DNA of 64,000 nucleotides. Origin: Acidobacteriaceae bacterium. GTDB taxonomy: Bacteria; Acidobacteriota; Terriglobia; Terriglobales; Acidobacteriaceae. The notes below the pieces were generated by a model. That model made no database searches and was not told the origin of the DNA. It saw nothing but the letters and a program-made list of their open reading frames with translations. The stretch spans positions 1,763 to 65,762 of the forward strand of contig DASYEV010000002.1 in NCBI GenBank assembly GCA_036498835.1, written 5' to 3'. Positions within the stretch are counted from its first letter, which is position 1, and each line of letters starts with the position of its first letter. Of this stretch, positions 47,749-57,300 are shown piece after piece. The position numbers and the translations under genes were made by a program.

Positions 47749-49884
47749 ATGAAGAGTTACGCTCCGCCGAAACTGCGACAAATCGTTACTGAAGCTGTAT
47801 TTCGGCGCAAGCGCATCTTTGTGCTGACGATCGTAGCGGTCGTAGGTCTTGTTGCGATTCTCACACTGTTGATGCACAAGAAGTACCGTGCGGAAGCCAA
47901 GCTGCAGGTGCAGAATGTCCGCACGCTGACGCCGTTGAGCGCCAACACCAACAGCCAGACCATCTCGCAGAACGAAGTCAGCCCGGAAGACGTCAACAGC
48001 GAAGTCAACCTGCTGCAAAGCCGTGCCGTAGCGCAGCGGACCCTGCAGGATGAGCTGACCGGTCTGCCCACAGCCGACAAGGATGCGAAGATTGCCAACC
48101 TGACGCGCCGTCTGGGGGTGGATGCCGTTCACCAGACCAACCTGATCGATGTCACCTTCATCGCGAACTCTCCCGTCGATGCCGAGGCCGAGCTGCGTAA
48201 GGTGCTGGATGCCTACTTTGAAGTGCGAGCAGGCACGGCGCGGTCGACTGGCGCAGCTTCCTTTTTCGATAAGCAGGCCCAGGCCCAGAGCAATCAACTG
48301 GATGCCGATCAGAAAGCGTTGACTGACTTTGAAGTAACCCACGGGATTGCCGACCTGGACGATCAGAAGCGGCTGCAGGTCCAGCGCATTGCGACCCTGC
48401 AGGACCAGGTGACCACCGCCGATGCGGGCCTGGCTCGCCAGATGAGCCTGCGGGATGCGCAGCAGCGGCAGCTGGCGATGACGCCGCAGCGCACCCGGAC
48501 CACCGAACGCACGATTACGAACCAGTATTCGCAGGAACACTTCCTGACCGGGCTGGTGGACCTCGAAAACCGGCGTACCGAGCTGTTGAAGCGCTATGTC
48601 CCCACGGACCGCCAGATTGTGGAGATCAACGAAAAGATCGCCACCATGCAGAAGGCGATGCAGACGGCTTCCACCCAGCCCGCCGGCGAACAGGCAACGG
48701 ACGTCAATCCGGTGTGGGCGCAGTTGAGTTCCGCGCTGGTCACGTCCGGGACGGAGGTTCGCGGCACCGCGGCACAGCGCGACGAGTTGCACGCGCAATT
48801 GGGTGAAGCCAAAAAGCGTCTGACGGAACTCGAGCAATCGACTGCGGATTTCGACTTTTTGAAGCGCAAGGTGGCGCAGTCTCAGGCGGATTACACCGCC
48901 TACACGCAGCGCCGTGACGAAGCGCGTATCGGCGAAGAGCTGGATAAAGCCAAGATGTTCAACGTCTCGCTGGTCCAGGCTCCTGTAGCTTCGGCACAGG
49001 CGGTTCGTCCCAAACCGGTGCTGTATCTGGCGGCCGGTCTGGCGTTTGCCATCCTGCTGGGCACCGCGCTTGCGCTCTATTCCGACACTTCCGCGGAACA
49101 GGTCTACACCCCTACCCAGCTCGATACATTGACCGGAACGCGCACGATCGCGACCTTTGCCGACGAGGCGGATCCCATCGCCAACGCGGAGAACAACCGG
49201 CTGGAGTACAGGAGAATTTTGTTTGCGTTGCGAAACGCCCTGGTCACTCATGGGGAAGGCGCGGAAGAAGACGAGACCCTCAGCAGCGCTCCTGGACGGA
49301 CGATCTTTGACCCTGCACCTGCCGAGCCCTCGGATATTCCCGTCGGCCATTGCGTAGCATTTACGGCCGCGACACAGGGCGAGGGTGTGACCTACCTGGT
49401 GAACAACCTGGCGCAGGAAGCTTCCAAACAGGCCAGCAGCCGCGTGGCTGTGCTCGATATGGGCGGTCTGCTTCGTCAGTTTGAGGCGGAAGAAGATCTC
49501 ACCTTCGTGCTGAAGTACCTGCCGGACAAACAGTACTGGGTGCTGACCTTTGGTAAAGAAAATCCCGCCGCGGCCAACCCGTTCCGTTATGGAGCTTCCC
49601 AGGGCGCGTTTTCAGCGCGCATGACGCCGCTGCTTGCGGATGCCCGCAAGGAGTTCGATTTCCTGTTCCTAGACTGCCCCAGCTTTGCGGAGTCGACTCT
49701 GGCCAGCGAGTTGGACATCTGCGTCGATGGATTTGTCGCTGTGGTGAGCGCGGGCAAGGCTCGGAAGGGCAACCTGGAGCAGATGTCTGCAGTGCTCAAG
49801 GAATCGCGCGCGCCGCTGCTTGGCTATGTGCTGAACCGCCGCCAGTACCCGGTGCCGGAATGGATGCATCGCCTGCTCTGGTAG
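47749..49884 (+). CDS. wzc: Polysaccharide co-polymerase (Wzc/GumC family) with a degenerate BY-kinase domain
   Basis: TM1, coiled coil, TM2 preceded by P...VRPKP. Cytoplasmic domain with Walker A-like AATQGEGVT and Walker B FLFLDCP. Confidence 0.82.
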   Translation: MKSYAPPKLRQIVTEAVFRRKRIFVLTIVAVVGLVAILTLLMHKKYRAEAKLQVQNVRTLTPLSANTNSQTISQNEVSPEDVNSEVNLLQSRAVAQRTLQDELTGLPTADKDAKIANLTRRLGVDAVHQTNLIDVTFIANSPVDAEAELRKVLDAYFEVRAGTARSTGAASFFDKQAQAQSNQLDADQKALTDFEVTHGIADLDDQKRLQVQRIATLQDQVTTADAGLARQMSLRDAQQRQLAMTPQRTRTTERTITNQYSQEHFLTGLVDLENRRTELLKRYVPTDRQIVEINEKIATMQKAMQTASTQPAGEQATDVNPVWAQLSSALVTSGTEVRGTAAQRDELHAQLGEAKKRLTELEQSTADFDFLKRKVAQSQADYTAYTQRRDEARIGEELDKAKMFNVSLVQAPVASAQAVRPKPVLYLAAGLAFAILLGTALALYSDTSAEQVYTPTQLDTLTGTRTIATFADEADPIANAENNRLEYRRILFALRNALVTHGEGAEEDETLSSAPGRTIFDPAPAEPSDIPVGHCVAFTAATQGEGVTYLVNNLAQEASKQASSRVAVLDMGGLLRQFEAEEDLTFVLKYLPDKQYWVLTFGKENPAAANPFRYGASQGAFSARMTPLLADARKEFDFLFLDCPSFAESTLASELDICVDGFVAVVSAGKARKGNLEQMSAVLKESRAPLLGYVLNRRQYPVPEWMHRLLW

Positions 49885-49923
49885 AGCGGCGCGGGCTTGT
49901 GTGAGCGGCAGGGAAGTGGGAGC

Positions 49924-50655
49924 ATGGAGATGATGAGACTGAAGCTGATCGTCGCAGTGGCTGCCCTTGGGTTCCTGGCGCAGGGCGTGCTTGCGCAAAC
50001 GCAAACGGAAGCTCCAGCACCCATCCAGATCACTCAGGCGACCGAGGCGGCCACCCAGGAACGCACCCTGCTGAGATCCACCAGCGACTATTACCGCCTG
50101 CAACCGGGGGACACCGTCACCATCAACTTCCGCTTTACGCCGGAGTTCAATGACGAAGTTGTGATTGGCCCGGACGGCCGTGTAATGCTGAAGTCCGCGG
50201 GTGAAGTTCGCCTGGCGGGACTTTCGCTGGCAGAGGCACAGCGCGAAGTCGTTCGCATGTCGTCCACGAAGCTGGTGAATCCTGAAGTCTCGATTTCACT
50301 GAAAGACTTTGAGCGTCCCCACGTCATCGTGGGTGGCGACGTGCAGACACCGGGACGCTTTGAGTTGCGCAAGGCGACGACCGCGCTCCAGGCGATCCTG
50401 ATGGCCGGCGGCCCCAAAGAAGATAGTGCGATGGGCCGTGTGCTGGTATTCCGCAAGCTCAACTCGGAGACCGCCGAAGTCCACGTGTTGCAGCTTGGCA
50501 AGTTCCGCGCTAAAGACCGCGCCAAGAATGACATGATCCTGCAGCCGGACGACATGATCCTGGTCCAGCACGACAACCTTTCGAAGATCGAGCGCTACGT
50601 CAAGGTGGCCAACATCGGGGTCTACTTCGATCCGCTCAGCAGGATCAATTTCTAA
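49924..50655 (+). CDS. wza: Polysaccharide export protein (Wza/OPX, Poly_export plus SLBB)
   Basis: YRLQPGDTV, IGPDGRV, AGLSLAE, VGGDVQTPG, AILMAGG and LQPDDMILV. Confidence 0.88.
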   Translation: MEMMRLKLIVAVAALGFLAQGVLAQTQTEAPAPIQITQATEAATQERTLLRSTSDYYRLQPGDTVTINFRFTPEFNDEVVIGPDGRVMLKSAGEVRLAGLSLAEAQREVVRMSSTKLVNPEVSISLKDFERPHVIVGGDVQTPGRFELRKATTALQAILMAGGPKEDSAMGRVLVFRKLNSETAEVHVLQLGKFRAKDRAKNDMILQPDDMILVQHDNLSKIERYVKVANIGVYFDPLSRINF

Positions 50656-50704
50656 AGCGATTGGCCTCATCCTGTATCCGGCGGAGCGGGTGTGCGGGTT
50701 CCGT

Positions 50705-50820
50705 CACGGCAAATCCCCTGAAGGTGTACAGGAAAGCGAAATCGCACAAGCCGTTTTCTCTCAAGGGAAACGGCCTCCACCACCGCCTATCGACTCCCCA
50801 GCATCAGGGAATTTGCTCCA
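50705..50820. mobile_element. Degenerate 116-bp MITE, TAGAGC family (subtype B)
   Basis: Right end CATCAGGGAATTTGCTCCA and core AAGCCGTTTTCTC...GAAACGGC match the reverse complement of 57133-57247. Confidence 0.7.
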
Positions 50821-50847
50821 GCGGAAGCCGCTCTCGAAGGGGGCCTG

Positions 50848-52194
50848 ATGAAAGTGCTGCTGATGGCGTACGAATGCAGCCCCTATCGCGGATCCGAGTG
50901 GGCCGTGGGCTGGGGACGCCTGCTCCAGGCCTCCCGTGCAGCGGAAGCTCATGTCATCACCAGCGAGTCGAATTTTGCAGCCCTGAAGCGTGCGCGTGAA
51001 GAAGGGCTGTTGCCGGAAGGCGTCCACATCTACACACCGCCTCAGGATGCCCGACGGCGTAAGACGGAAGACCGGCCGGGCATGTTTGCCTACAACTACA
51101 CCGCCTATCATCACTGGCAAAAGCTTGCCCTGAAGCTGGCAAGGGAACTGCATAGCCGCGAGCACTTCGACCTGGTCCACCAGGTGAACGTCTGTACCTT
51201 CCGCGAGCCTGGTTACACGTGGCAGCTCGGCATCCCGTATCTGTGGGGTCCGGTTGGCGGCAGTCAGGATTTCCCTGCAAGCTTCCTGACTATGCTTCCA
51301 GCGAAGGAAGCGTTCAAGGAAGCTGCCAGGAGCGTAAGCAACTGGCTTTCCCTGCGCTTCAAGAAGCGTGTGCGCCAGGCGGCCAGGAGCGCGGCGCGGA
51401 TTGTCGCGGCAAACTCCACCAATCAGCGTGATTACGAACACGTCTTTGGAAGGAAGATCGACCTGCTTCTCGAAACCGGTTTACACAGGGTCGACGAGCC
51501 TGATCGCTCACGCTGGATCGAGCGGGTCGAAAAGCTTCAGCGCGGTGAAGAGTTGCCGCCGCTGCGCCTCTTGTGGAGCGGCCAGTTCGATACCCGGAAG
51601 GCTCTGCCCATCCTGTTACACGCGCTGGCACAGTTGCAGGGCAAGGTGCGATTCACACTACGTGTCCTGGGTGATGGCGCAATGCATGATGTCTGGATCC
51701 AGGAAGCCAGGAGCCTTGGACTACGCGTCGTGCTGGGTCACGATCGCGAAGCGGATAGCGTGAGCCACAACACGGTGGAGTTTCTCGGCAAGCTGCCGTT
51801 TCAGGCGGCGGTCGCGGAGATGAACTCCGCTGACCTCTTCTGTTTCACCAGTCTGCGCGATACCAGCGGCAATGTGGTGCTGGAGGCTTTGGCCGCGGGG
51901 GTGCCTGTTGTGTGCTTCGATCACCAGGGCGCCGGCGACATGGTGATCGATACCAGCGGCGTGAAGCTGCCGGTAACGTCACCCAAGCGTGCCATTGCGG
52001 ATTGGGCGCATACCCTTCGTACACTGTCCGAGGATCCCGCGCGTCTGCTCGCATTGAGTGAAGGGACGACCGAGCAGGCCCGCCGTTTTCTGTGGAGCGC
52101 CAATGGCGACTGGATCAACGCGGCGTATCGCAGGCTTGCCGGTGAACGGGAGCCTGGAACCCAGGTGGAGAAGAAGGAGACCGTAAGCGCGTGA
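50848..52194 (+). CDS. Glycosyltransferase family 4 (GT-B)
   Basis: MKVLLMAYECSPYRGSE, WGPVGG, KALPILLHAL and ADLFCFTSLRDTSGNVVLEALAAGVPVVC. Confidence 0.88.
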   Translation: MKVLLMAYECSPYRGSEWAVGWGRLLQASRAAEAHVITSESNFAALKRAREEGLLPEGVHIYTPPQDARRRKTEDRPGMFAYNYTAYHHWQKLALKLARELHSREHFDLVHQVNVCTFREPGYTWQLGIPYLWGPVGGSQDFPASFLTMLPAKEAFKEAARSVSNWLSLRFKKRVRQAARSAARIVAANSTNQRDYEHVFGRKIDLLLETGLHRVDEPDRSRWIERVEKLQRGEELPPLRLLWSGQFDTRKALPILLHALAQLQGKVRFTLRVLGDGAMHDVWIQEARSLGLRVVLGHDREADSVSHNTVEFLGKLPFQAAVAEMNSADLFCFTSLRDTSGNVVLEALAAGVPVVCFDHQGAGDMVIDTSGVKLPVTSPKRAIADWAHTLRTLSEDPARLLALSEGTTEQARRFLWSANGDWINAAYRRLAGEREPGTQVEKKETVSA

Positions 52195-53507
52195 CGCTGC
52201 TGCCCGAGGCCTCGGTCGCCGTCGAAGAAGAATCCCCGGCGCCCCGGCCGGGCGTGTGGCTGCGTGCACGCAAGTTCGCCAGCGGACGCCTCAGCTATGC
52301 GCTTGCCGACCAGGTCACTTACAGTTTCGGCAACATGGTGGTGGCCGCGCTGTTGCGCCGCCACACCTCGGAGTGGGAATTCGGAATCTACATCCTGACC
52401 CAGCGCGCGTTGGATGTGTTGATCCAGATGTGCAACAACGTCATGTGGGGCCCGTACATGTTCAATCGTCCGGGCCTTGCCAAACAGCGTCAGCGGCTTT
52501 ATCTCGGCAGCATTTTTGCGGTGCAGATGGTTTGCTCCGCGCTCATGTTCCTGTTGTTGTGGGGCATCACCAAGTGGTGCAGCACGCCTTCACGCGGGCT
52601 GTATTACGGCGTCTTTCAGCCGCTCATCCTGACCTCGGCAGGGATCGTGTTTCGCGAATTCACACGGCGGATGTATTTCGCCGACCTGCGCATGAAGGAA
52701 GCGTTCTGGACGGAGGTTGCCACGGTCGGCCTGCAGATTGCCGGGGTGGAGTGGCTGTTCTATACGCACCGCCTCACGGTCCCGAACACGCTGCTGGTCT
52801 TGTCGGGTGCGGCCATTTTCGTGTCCTTGTGGTGGCTTGTACGCGAGTGGAATACATTTGTGATCCGCGTTCGTGAGATTCGCGAAGACTTCGTGCGCAA
52901 TCTGAATCTCGGCGGATGGTTTGTCGGCAGCAACATGGTGTTTCTCGCCAGCTCACAATGGAATCCCTGGACGTTGAGTGCCTTGATGGGCGGCGCTGCC
53001 GTCGGTTCCTACTCCGTCTGCGAGCAGGTGGTGAACATTCCCCGTGTCGCGCTGGTCAGCCTGCAAAATATGCTGTCCCCGATGATGGCGCAGAAGTATG
53101 CCGACGGTGGAAAGCCGGCGCTGCACGCGCTGGTGAAAAAGTTCAACCGCATCCTGTTCCTGGGGGCGGCGGTTTGCGCACTCGGTATCATACTGATAGG
53201 GCCGAACGTGGCGAGAATCATCTTCAAGGACATTCCAGGAAATGCGCGGCTCATTCTCGCTGTGCTCGCGCTGAACTTCGTTGCCCTGGCGGCGACGCTT
53301 CCTGAAAGTTATGGGCTATCCGCCGTGAAGAAAGCCGGTCCAACCTTCTATGCGAATCTTGCTGGTTTTTCCGTGCAGGCGGTGACCGCCCTCTGGCTGG
53401 TGAAAACGCTCCATGTACCGGGCGCCGCGGCAGCGATGCTGCTGGGCAGTCTGGTGGTGATGGTGGTGCGTCACGTGTATTACAACCGCGAGGTGGCCCC
53501 GGCATGA
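52191..53507 (+). CDS. wzx: Wzx-like flippase (MATE/polysaccharide biosynthesis family)
   Basis: Multi-TM protein, ALADQVTYSFGN, EFGIY and AVGSY. Translationally coupled within the EPS operon. Confidence 0.78.
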   Translation: MTLLPEASVAVEEESPAPRPGVWLRARKFASGRLSYALADQVTYSFGNMVVAALLRRHTSEWEFGIYILTQRALDVLIQMCNNVMWGPYMFNRPGLAKQRQRLYLGSIFAVQMVCSALMFLLLWGITKWCSTPSRGLYYGVFQPLILTSAGIVFREFTRRMYFADLRMKEAFWTEVATVGLQIAGVEWLFYTHRLTVPNTLLVLSGAAIFVSLWWLVREWNTFVIRVREIREDFVRNLNLGGWFVGSNMVFLASSQWNPWTLSALMGGAAVGSYSVCEQVVNIPRVALVSLQNMLSPMMAQKYADGGKPALHALVKKFNRILFLGAAVCALGIILIGPNVARIIFKDIPGNARLILAVLALNFVALAATLPESYGLSAVKKAGPTFYANLAGFSVQAVTALWLVKTLHVPGAAAAMLLGSLVVMVVRHVYYNREVAPA

Positions 53508-54997
53508 GCGCTGTTCTTGCAGAACGTCTTGCGGTTGCGGAACGAAATCGGGCAAGCAACGAGTTTGAAAGCCAATCGTTCCGCGTGCGGCTGATCAAGA
53601 TTGTCTCCGCGGTGTTGCTCGGTGTTTGTTTCTGGTTTTCCGTGCCGTACTATCTGCCGCTGAAGATGGATCCCGACCCCAAGAAGGCCGCGGCGAATGA
53701 AGCCGAGGCCTACGAAGGAAACTTCAGCCGGCAACTCGCGATGCCGGTCATCGCATTAGCTGCCGCCTATCTGTTGTGGCGTTTGCCCAAACGTGGACGC
53801 TTCGGCAGCAGACTGATGCCGATCGCAATCATGTATGTCGGCTGGGCACTATTGAGCGCTTCCTGGAGCACCGATCCATCCATCACGATCAAGCGGCTGG
53901 TTGTGTTTTCGATCAACTGTTTTTTTGCTTACACGGTCGCGCGAATTTTTACCGTGGTGGAGATGTCCCTGTTCGGCTTTGCGCAGACGGGCATTGTGGG
54001 GCTGATGTCGCTCTACGTCGACCTGTTTCACGAACACAATTTCGCGCCATTCGATCCCGACTACCGTTTCAACGGTGTGATGACCGCGAATTACCAGGCG
54101 ATGAACCTGGTGGTCTGCATGGTCTGTGCTCTCACCCTGCTGCAAAGACGCCCGCACTGGATCAAGTGGATCGCGCCCACCATTGCCCTGGGGCTGGGAC
54201 TCGTCTATCTCACCCGCTCGCGCCTTGGTGCGGTTCTGGGCCTCATCATGCTCACGATCATCGGGTTGCGCATTGCGAAAAAGCAGCTTCAGCCGCACGC
54301 ACGCGCCATGCTGGTGGTGGCGAGCCTGACCATCGTGGTACCTGGGCTGATCTACGCGGTTGGACGCAATGGCGAGCAGGCTGCCCAAAGCGCCTTCATG
54401 ATGGGGCGTACGGATACGGAGAACACCTCCAACCTTTCCAACCGCGCGCCTCTCTGGGCCGAGTTGATGGATAGCGTGCGTGACCGGCCCATCATCGGCT
54501 ATGGGTATGAGGCTTTCTGGACGCCCGCGCGCGTGGAACGCATCTCCGCCGACCAGGGATGGATGGTGCCGCACGCGCATGACACCTATCTCGACCAGAC
54601 CCTGTCGCTCGGCGTCGTGGGCATGCTGCTCTACGTGGGCATGCTTTTGGGTGGGGCGATCACGGCATGGCGGCGTCATCGCAGAAATCCGTCGGAGACA
54701 TCGCTCTATCCCGCGATCCTGCTGACCTGGCTTGCGTTGACCGGCGTCGCGGAATCCGTCCCGCTGGACCCTTATCTTCCAACCCTTCTGGCTTACACGT
54801 GCATTGTGAAGATGTGCATGATCGAAGGCTCGGAAGGCGAAGCGGACAATCTCTATGGCGATGAGTTGATCCACGGTTTGCCGCGGGTTCCTGTGGCCGC
54901 GGCGATCGCGCCGCCTCAACCCGACAAGCCGGTGAAGCCCATGAAGCCCGAAGAACCTCGCCGTCTTCCGGCCCGGTCCACCGCTTTTGGGCGGTAG
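53504..54997 (+). CDS. wzy: Wzy polymerase / O-antigen ligase family protein
   Basis: Multi-TM, SASWS.DP, TRSR, NRAPLW, RPIIGYGY..FW and HAHDTYL (Wzy_C). Confidence 0.8.
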   Translation: MSAVLAERLAVAERNRASNEFESQSFRVRLIKIVSAVLLGVCFWFSVPYYLPLKMDPDPKKAAANEAEAYEGNFSRQLAMPVIALAAAYLLWRLPKRGRFGSRLMPIAIMYVGWALLSASWSTDPSITIKRLVVFSINCFFAYTVARIFTVVEMSLFGFAQTGIVGLMSLYVDLFHEHNFAPFDPDYRFNGVMTANYQAMNLVVCMVCALTLLQRRPHWIKWIAPTIALGLGLVYLTRSRLGAVLGLIMLTIIGLRIAKKQLQPHARAMLVVASLTIVVPGLIYAVGRNGEQAAQSAFMMGRTDTENTSNLSNRAPLWAELMDSVRDRPIIGYGYEAFWTPARVERISADQGWMVPHAHDTYLDQTLSLGVVGMLLYVGMLLGGAITAWRRHRRNPSETSLYPAILLTWLALTGVAESVPLDPYLPTLLAYTCIVKMCMIEGSEGEADNLYGDELIHGLPRVPVAAAIAPPQPDKPVKPMKPEEPRRLPARSTAFGR

Positions 54998-55006
54998 GCT
55001 ACAACA

Positions 55007-56032
55007 GTGAGTGAAGCGATGCCAATCGGACAGCCTGCCATGAACGAAAGCGCTCTCGTCAGCATCGTGATCCCAACCTACCGGCGGCTGCCTGATCTGC
55101 GCCTCGCGGTCGCGAGCGCGCTCACCCAGACCTACAGGAACATCGAAGTCATTGTGGTCTCGGATGGGCCGGACGCGGAAGTGCGTGCGGCGCTCGAAGG
55201 CACTCATCCGCTGTTGCGCTACGTTGAGCTCGCGGTAAACAGTGGTCCGGCAGAGGCGCGCAATGAAGGCGTGCGTGCAAGCCGCGGTGAGTGGCTGACG
55301 TTTCTCGATGACGATGACACGATGCTTCCGGAGAAGGTGGAACACCAGCTCAGGCTCACCGACCGGAATGCGCCCAAGAAAATGATTTCCTGCCGCACCA
55401 TCTATCGCCACGACGGTCAGGACGACGTGTGGCCGCGACGGCCGCTCGCTTCCGGGGAGGATGTGGGCGACTACATTCTTCTACGGCCTTCTCTCCTGGG
55501 CCGCCCCGGTGTCTTACCCATACAGTCGCTGCTGATCCATCGCAGCGTGATCGAACAGGTCCCGTTCACCACCCACAGCGATCACGAAGACTGGGCATGG
55601 CTTCTGGATGTCTGGCACCGCATTGGAGCGCGCATTGAATTCGTTTGGGAGCCGTTGGTGGTCTACAACATCGTGACGGACAGCATTTCGCGAAGCCGCC
55701 GGATGAATTGGCGTGACTCGCTGGCCTGGGCGGAACAGTATCGGCCGTGGCTAAGCCATCGCGCCTACACCTCCTTCCTGGCAACCAAGGTCGCGCTTAA
55801 GGCGAAGCGCGCTGGCGATTGGAAAGGGCTGCGCGAAATTGCGGGCCTGGTGGGAAAGAACAAACCGGGTATGTTGGACCTCATGTTCCTGGCCGGCATC
55901 TTCTTGTTGCCGGGATTCGTTTTGCATGCCGCCTGGAAGCGGTCGCTCTCGGCGGGTGGATCGAAGCCGGGTGTTACAGACGGGACCGGACGGGAAGCGC
56001 ATTCCGCTTCCGGAACTGCGGGAGCCGCATGA
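55007..56032 (+). CDS. Glycosyltransferase family 2
   Basis: VSIVIPTYRR, VIVVSDG, GPAEARNEGV and TFLDDDD (DxD). Confidence 0.9.
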   Translation: MSEAMPIGQPAMNESALVSIVIPTYRRLPDLRLAVASALTQTYRNIEVIVVSDGPDAEVRAALEGTHPLLRYVELAVNSGPAEARNEGVRASRGEWLTFLDDDDTMLPEKVEHQLRLTDRNAPKKMISCRTIYRHDGQDDVWPRRPLASGEDVGDYILLRPSLLGRPGVLPIQSLLIHRSVIEQVPFTTHSDHEDWAWLLDVWHRIGARIEFVWEPLVVYNIVTDSISRSRRMNWRDSLAWAEQYRPWLSHRAYTSFLATKVALKAKRAGDWKGLREIAGLVGKNKPGMLDLMFLAGIFLLPGFVLHAAWKRSLSAGGSKPGVTDGTGREAHSASGTAGAA

Positions 56033-57135
56033 TGGCGCGTGCGTGGGTGATTGCGTTGCCGTTTGTCGCGCTGGCGGTTGCCGGCGCCGGATGGTGGAAG
56101 TCTCAGCAGGGAGACACTCCCGTATCGTCAGCGGCCGCGGATACATTGCGGCGCGCCGCAGCGGCTGCTCCTGCGCCGCGTGCGTTTTATGGAAGGCGAC
56201 TGGAGCCGAAGGAGCCGGTGGTTCTGCATGGCGCCGGGCAAAGCGATGAGTCGAGTTTCGCGGCTTATAGCAAGGCCGTTGCTCCGGCGAAGCCGATGCT
56301 GACGATGAGCTATATCGACCTGCGCGAAGATGTGCCCTCGTACTTCGGACGGCTGCGGGTTGAGCTGGCGCGATATCCGGATCTGCTGATTCCGCAGATC
56401 GGCCTTTCCTTGAACTCGGACGATGCAAAGAAACACTACGAAGCGGACATTGCGCGCGGCGTCGACGATGCTCGATTGAAGCTGCTGTGCGATGGTCTGC
56501 GTTCGCTCGACCGGCCTGTGTTCCTGCGCGTGGGATATGAGTTCAACGGGCCGTGGAATGGCTATGTGGCTTCGAGCTATGTGGCCGCCTTTCGCCACAT
56601 AACGGAAACCATTCGCGCTTGCGGGCTCGACAACGTCGCCATCGTCTGGGACTGGTCCGTGGGCGCCGAGCTCGATGCCGAATCGGGAGGCGCTAACGCG
56701 GCCGATGCTGCGAAACGCTACATGGCGTTTTACCCAGGCGATGCGTGGGTGGATTGGTGGGGGCTCAACATCTTCAGCGCAACGGATACCTGGACTCCCG
56801 CAACGAAGGCATTTCTCGCGGATGCGGAAAGGCATCGCATGCCGGTGATCATTGGGGAATCGACACCCAAGGGTCACTCCGTGCAGGAAGGCTCCCGCAT
56901 CCTGGATGCCTGGTACAAGCCATACTTCGGGCTGATTCACACATCACCGGGCATCAAGGCGTTCTGCTATATCGACTGGGACTGGAGCATCTATCCTCAG
57001 TGGGCGGACTGGGGCGATGGACGCATTGAACAGGACCCCACAGTGCTGGGCTTTTACCGCGCCGAAGTACAGCGTCCTCTCTATGCAGGCGCGCGCAGCC
57101 GCGCAGAAACCCTGGCGCTGCTACGCGCGCATTAG
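56029..57135 (+). CDS. Glycoside hydrolase family 26-like (clan GH-A), N-terminally anchored or exported
   Basis: PVFLRVGYEFNGPWN (acid/base Glu), FYPGDAWVDWWGL and PVIIGE (nucleophile Glu). ATG 56029 overlaps the GT2 stop. Confidence 0.82.
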   Translation: MMARAWVIALPFVALAVAGAGWWKSQQGDTPVSSAAADTLRRAAAAAPAPRAFYGRRLEPKEPVVLHGAGQSDESSFAAYSKAVAPAKPMLTMSYIDLREDVPSYFGRLRVELARYPDLLIPQIGLSLNSDDAKKHYEADIARGVDDARLKLLCDGLRSLDRPVFLRVGYEFNGPWNGYVASSYVAAFRHITETIRACGLDNVAIVWDWSVGAELDAESGGANAADAAKRYMAFYPGDAWVDWWGLNIFSATDTWTPATKAFLADAERHRMPVIIGESTPKGHSVQEGSRILDAWYKPYFGLIHTSPGIKAFCYIDWDWSIYPQWADWGDGRIEQDPTVLGFYRAEVQRPLYAGARSRAETLALLRAH

Positions 57136-57247
57136 AGCAAATTCCCTGATGCGGTGGTATCGATACGCGATGGGAAAGGCCGTTTCCTTTGGGAAAAGAC
57201 ACCTTAAAATCTCCGGCCCTGGGTACACCTTCATGGGAAATGCCTTA
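57133..57247. mobile_element. 115-bp MITE, TAGAGC family (subtype B); its left TAG is the GH26 stop codon
   Basis: TAGAGCAAATTCCCTGA ... TCATGGGAAATGCCTTA imperfect TIRs. Confidence 0.78.
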
Positions 57248-57300
57248 GTGCCCAGCCCCCAACGTGGGTGAGCCATTCTTGCTGACCGGACACAGATCTG

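Noticed and set aside
54990-55001. GGCGGTAG resembling an RfaH ops element
   Set aside because: It is the last codons and stop of wzy, lacks the downstream TG, and is not in a leader.
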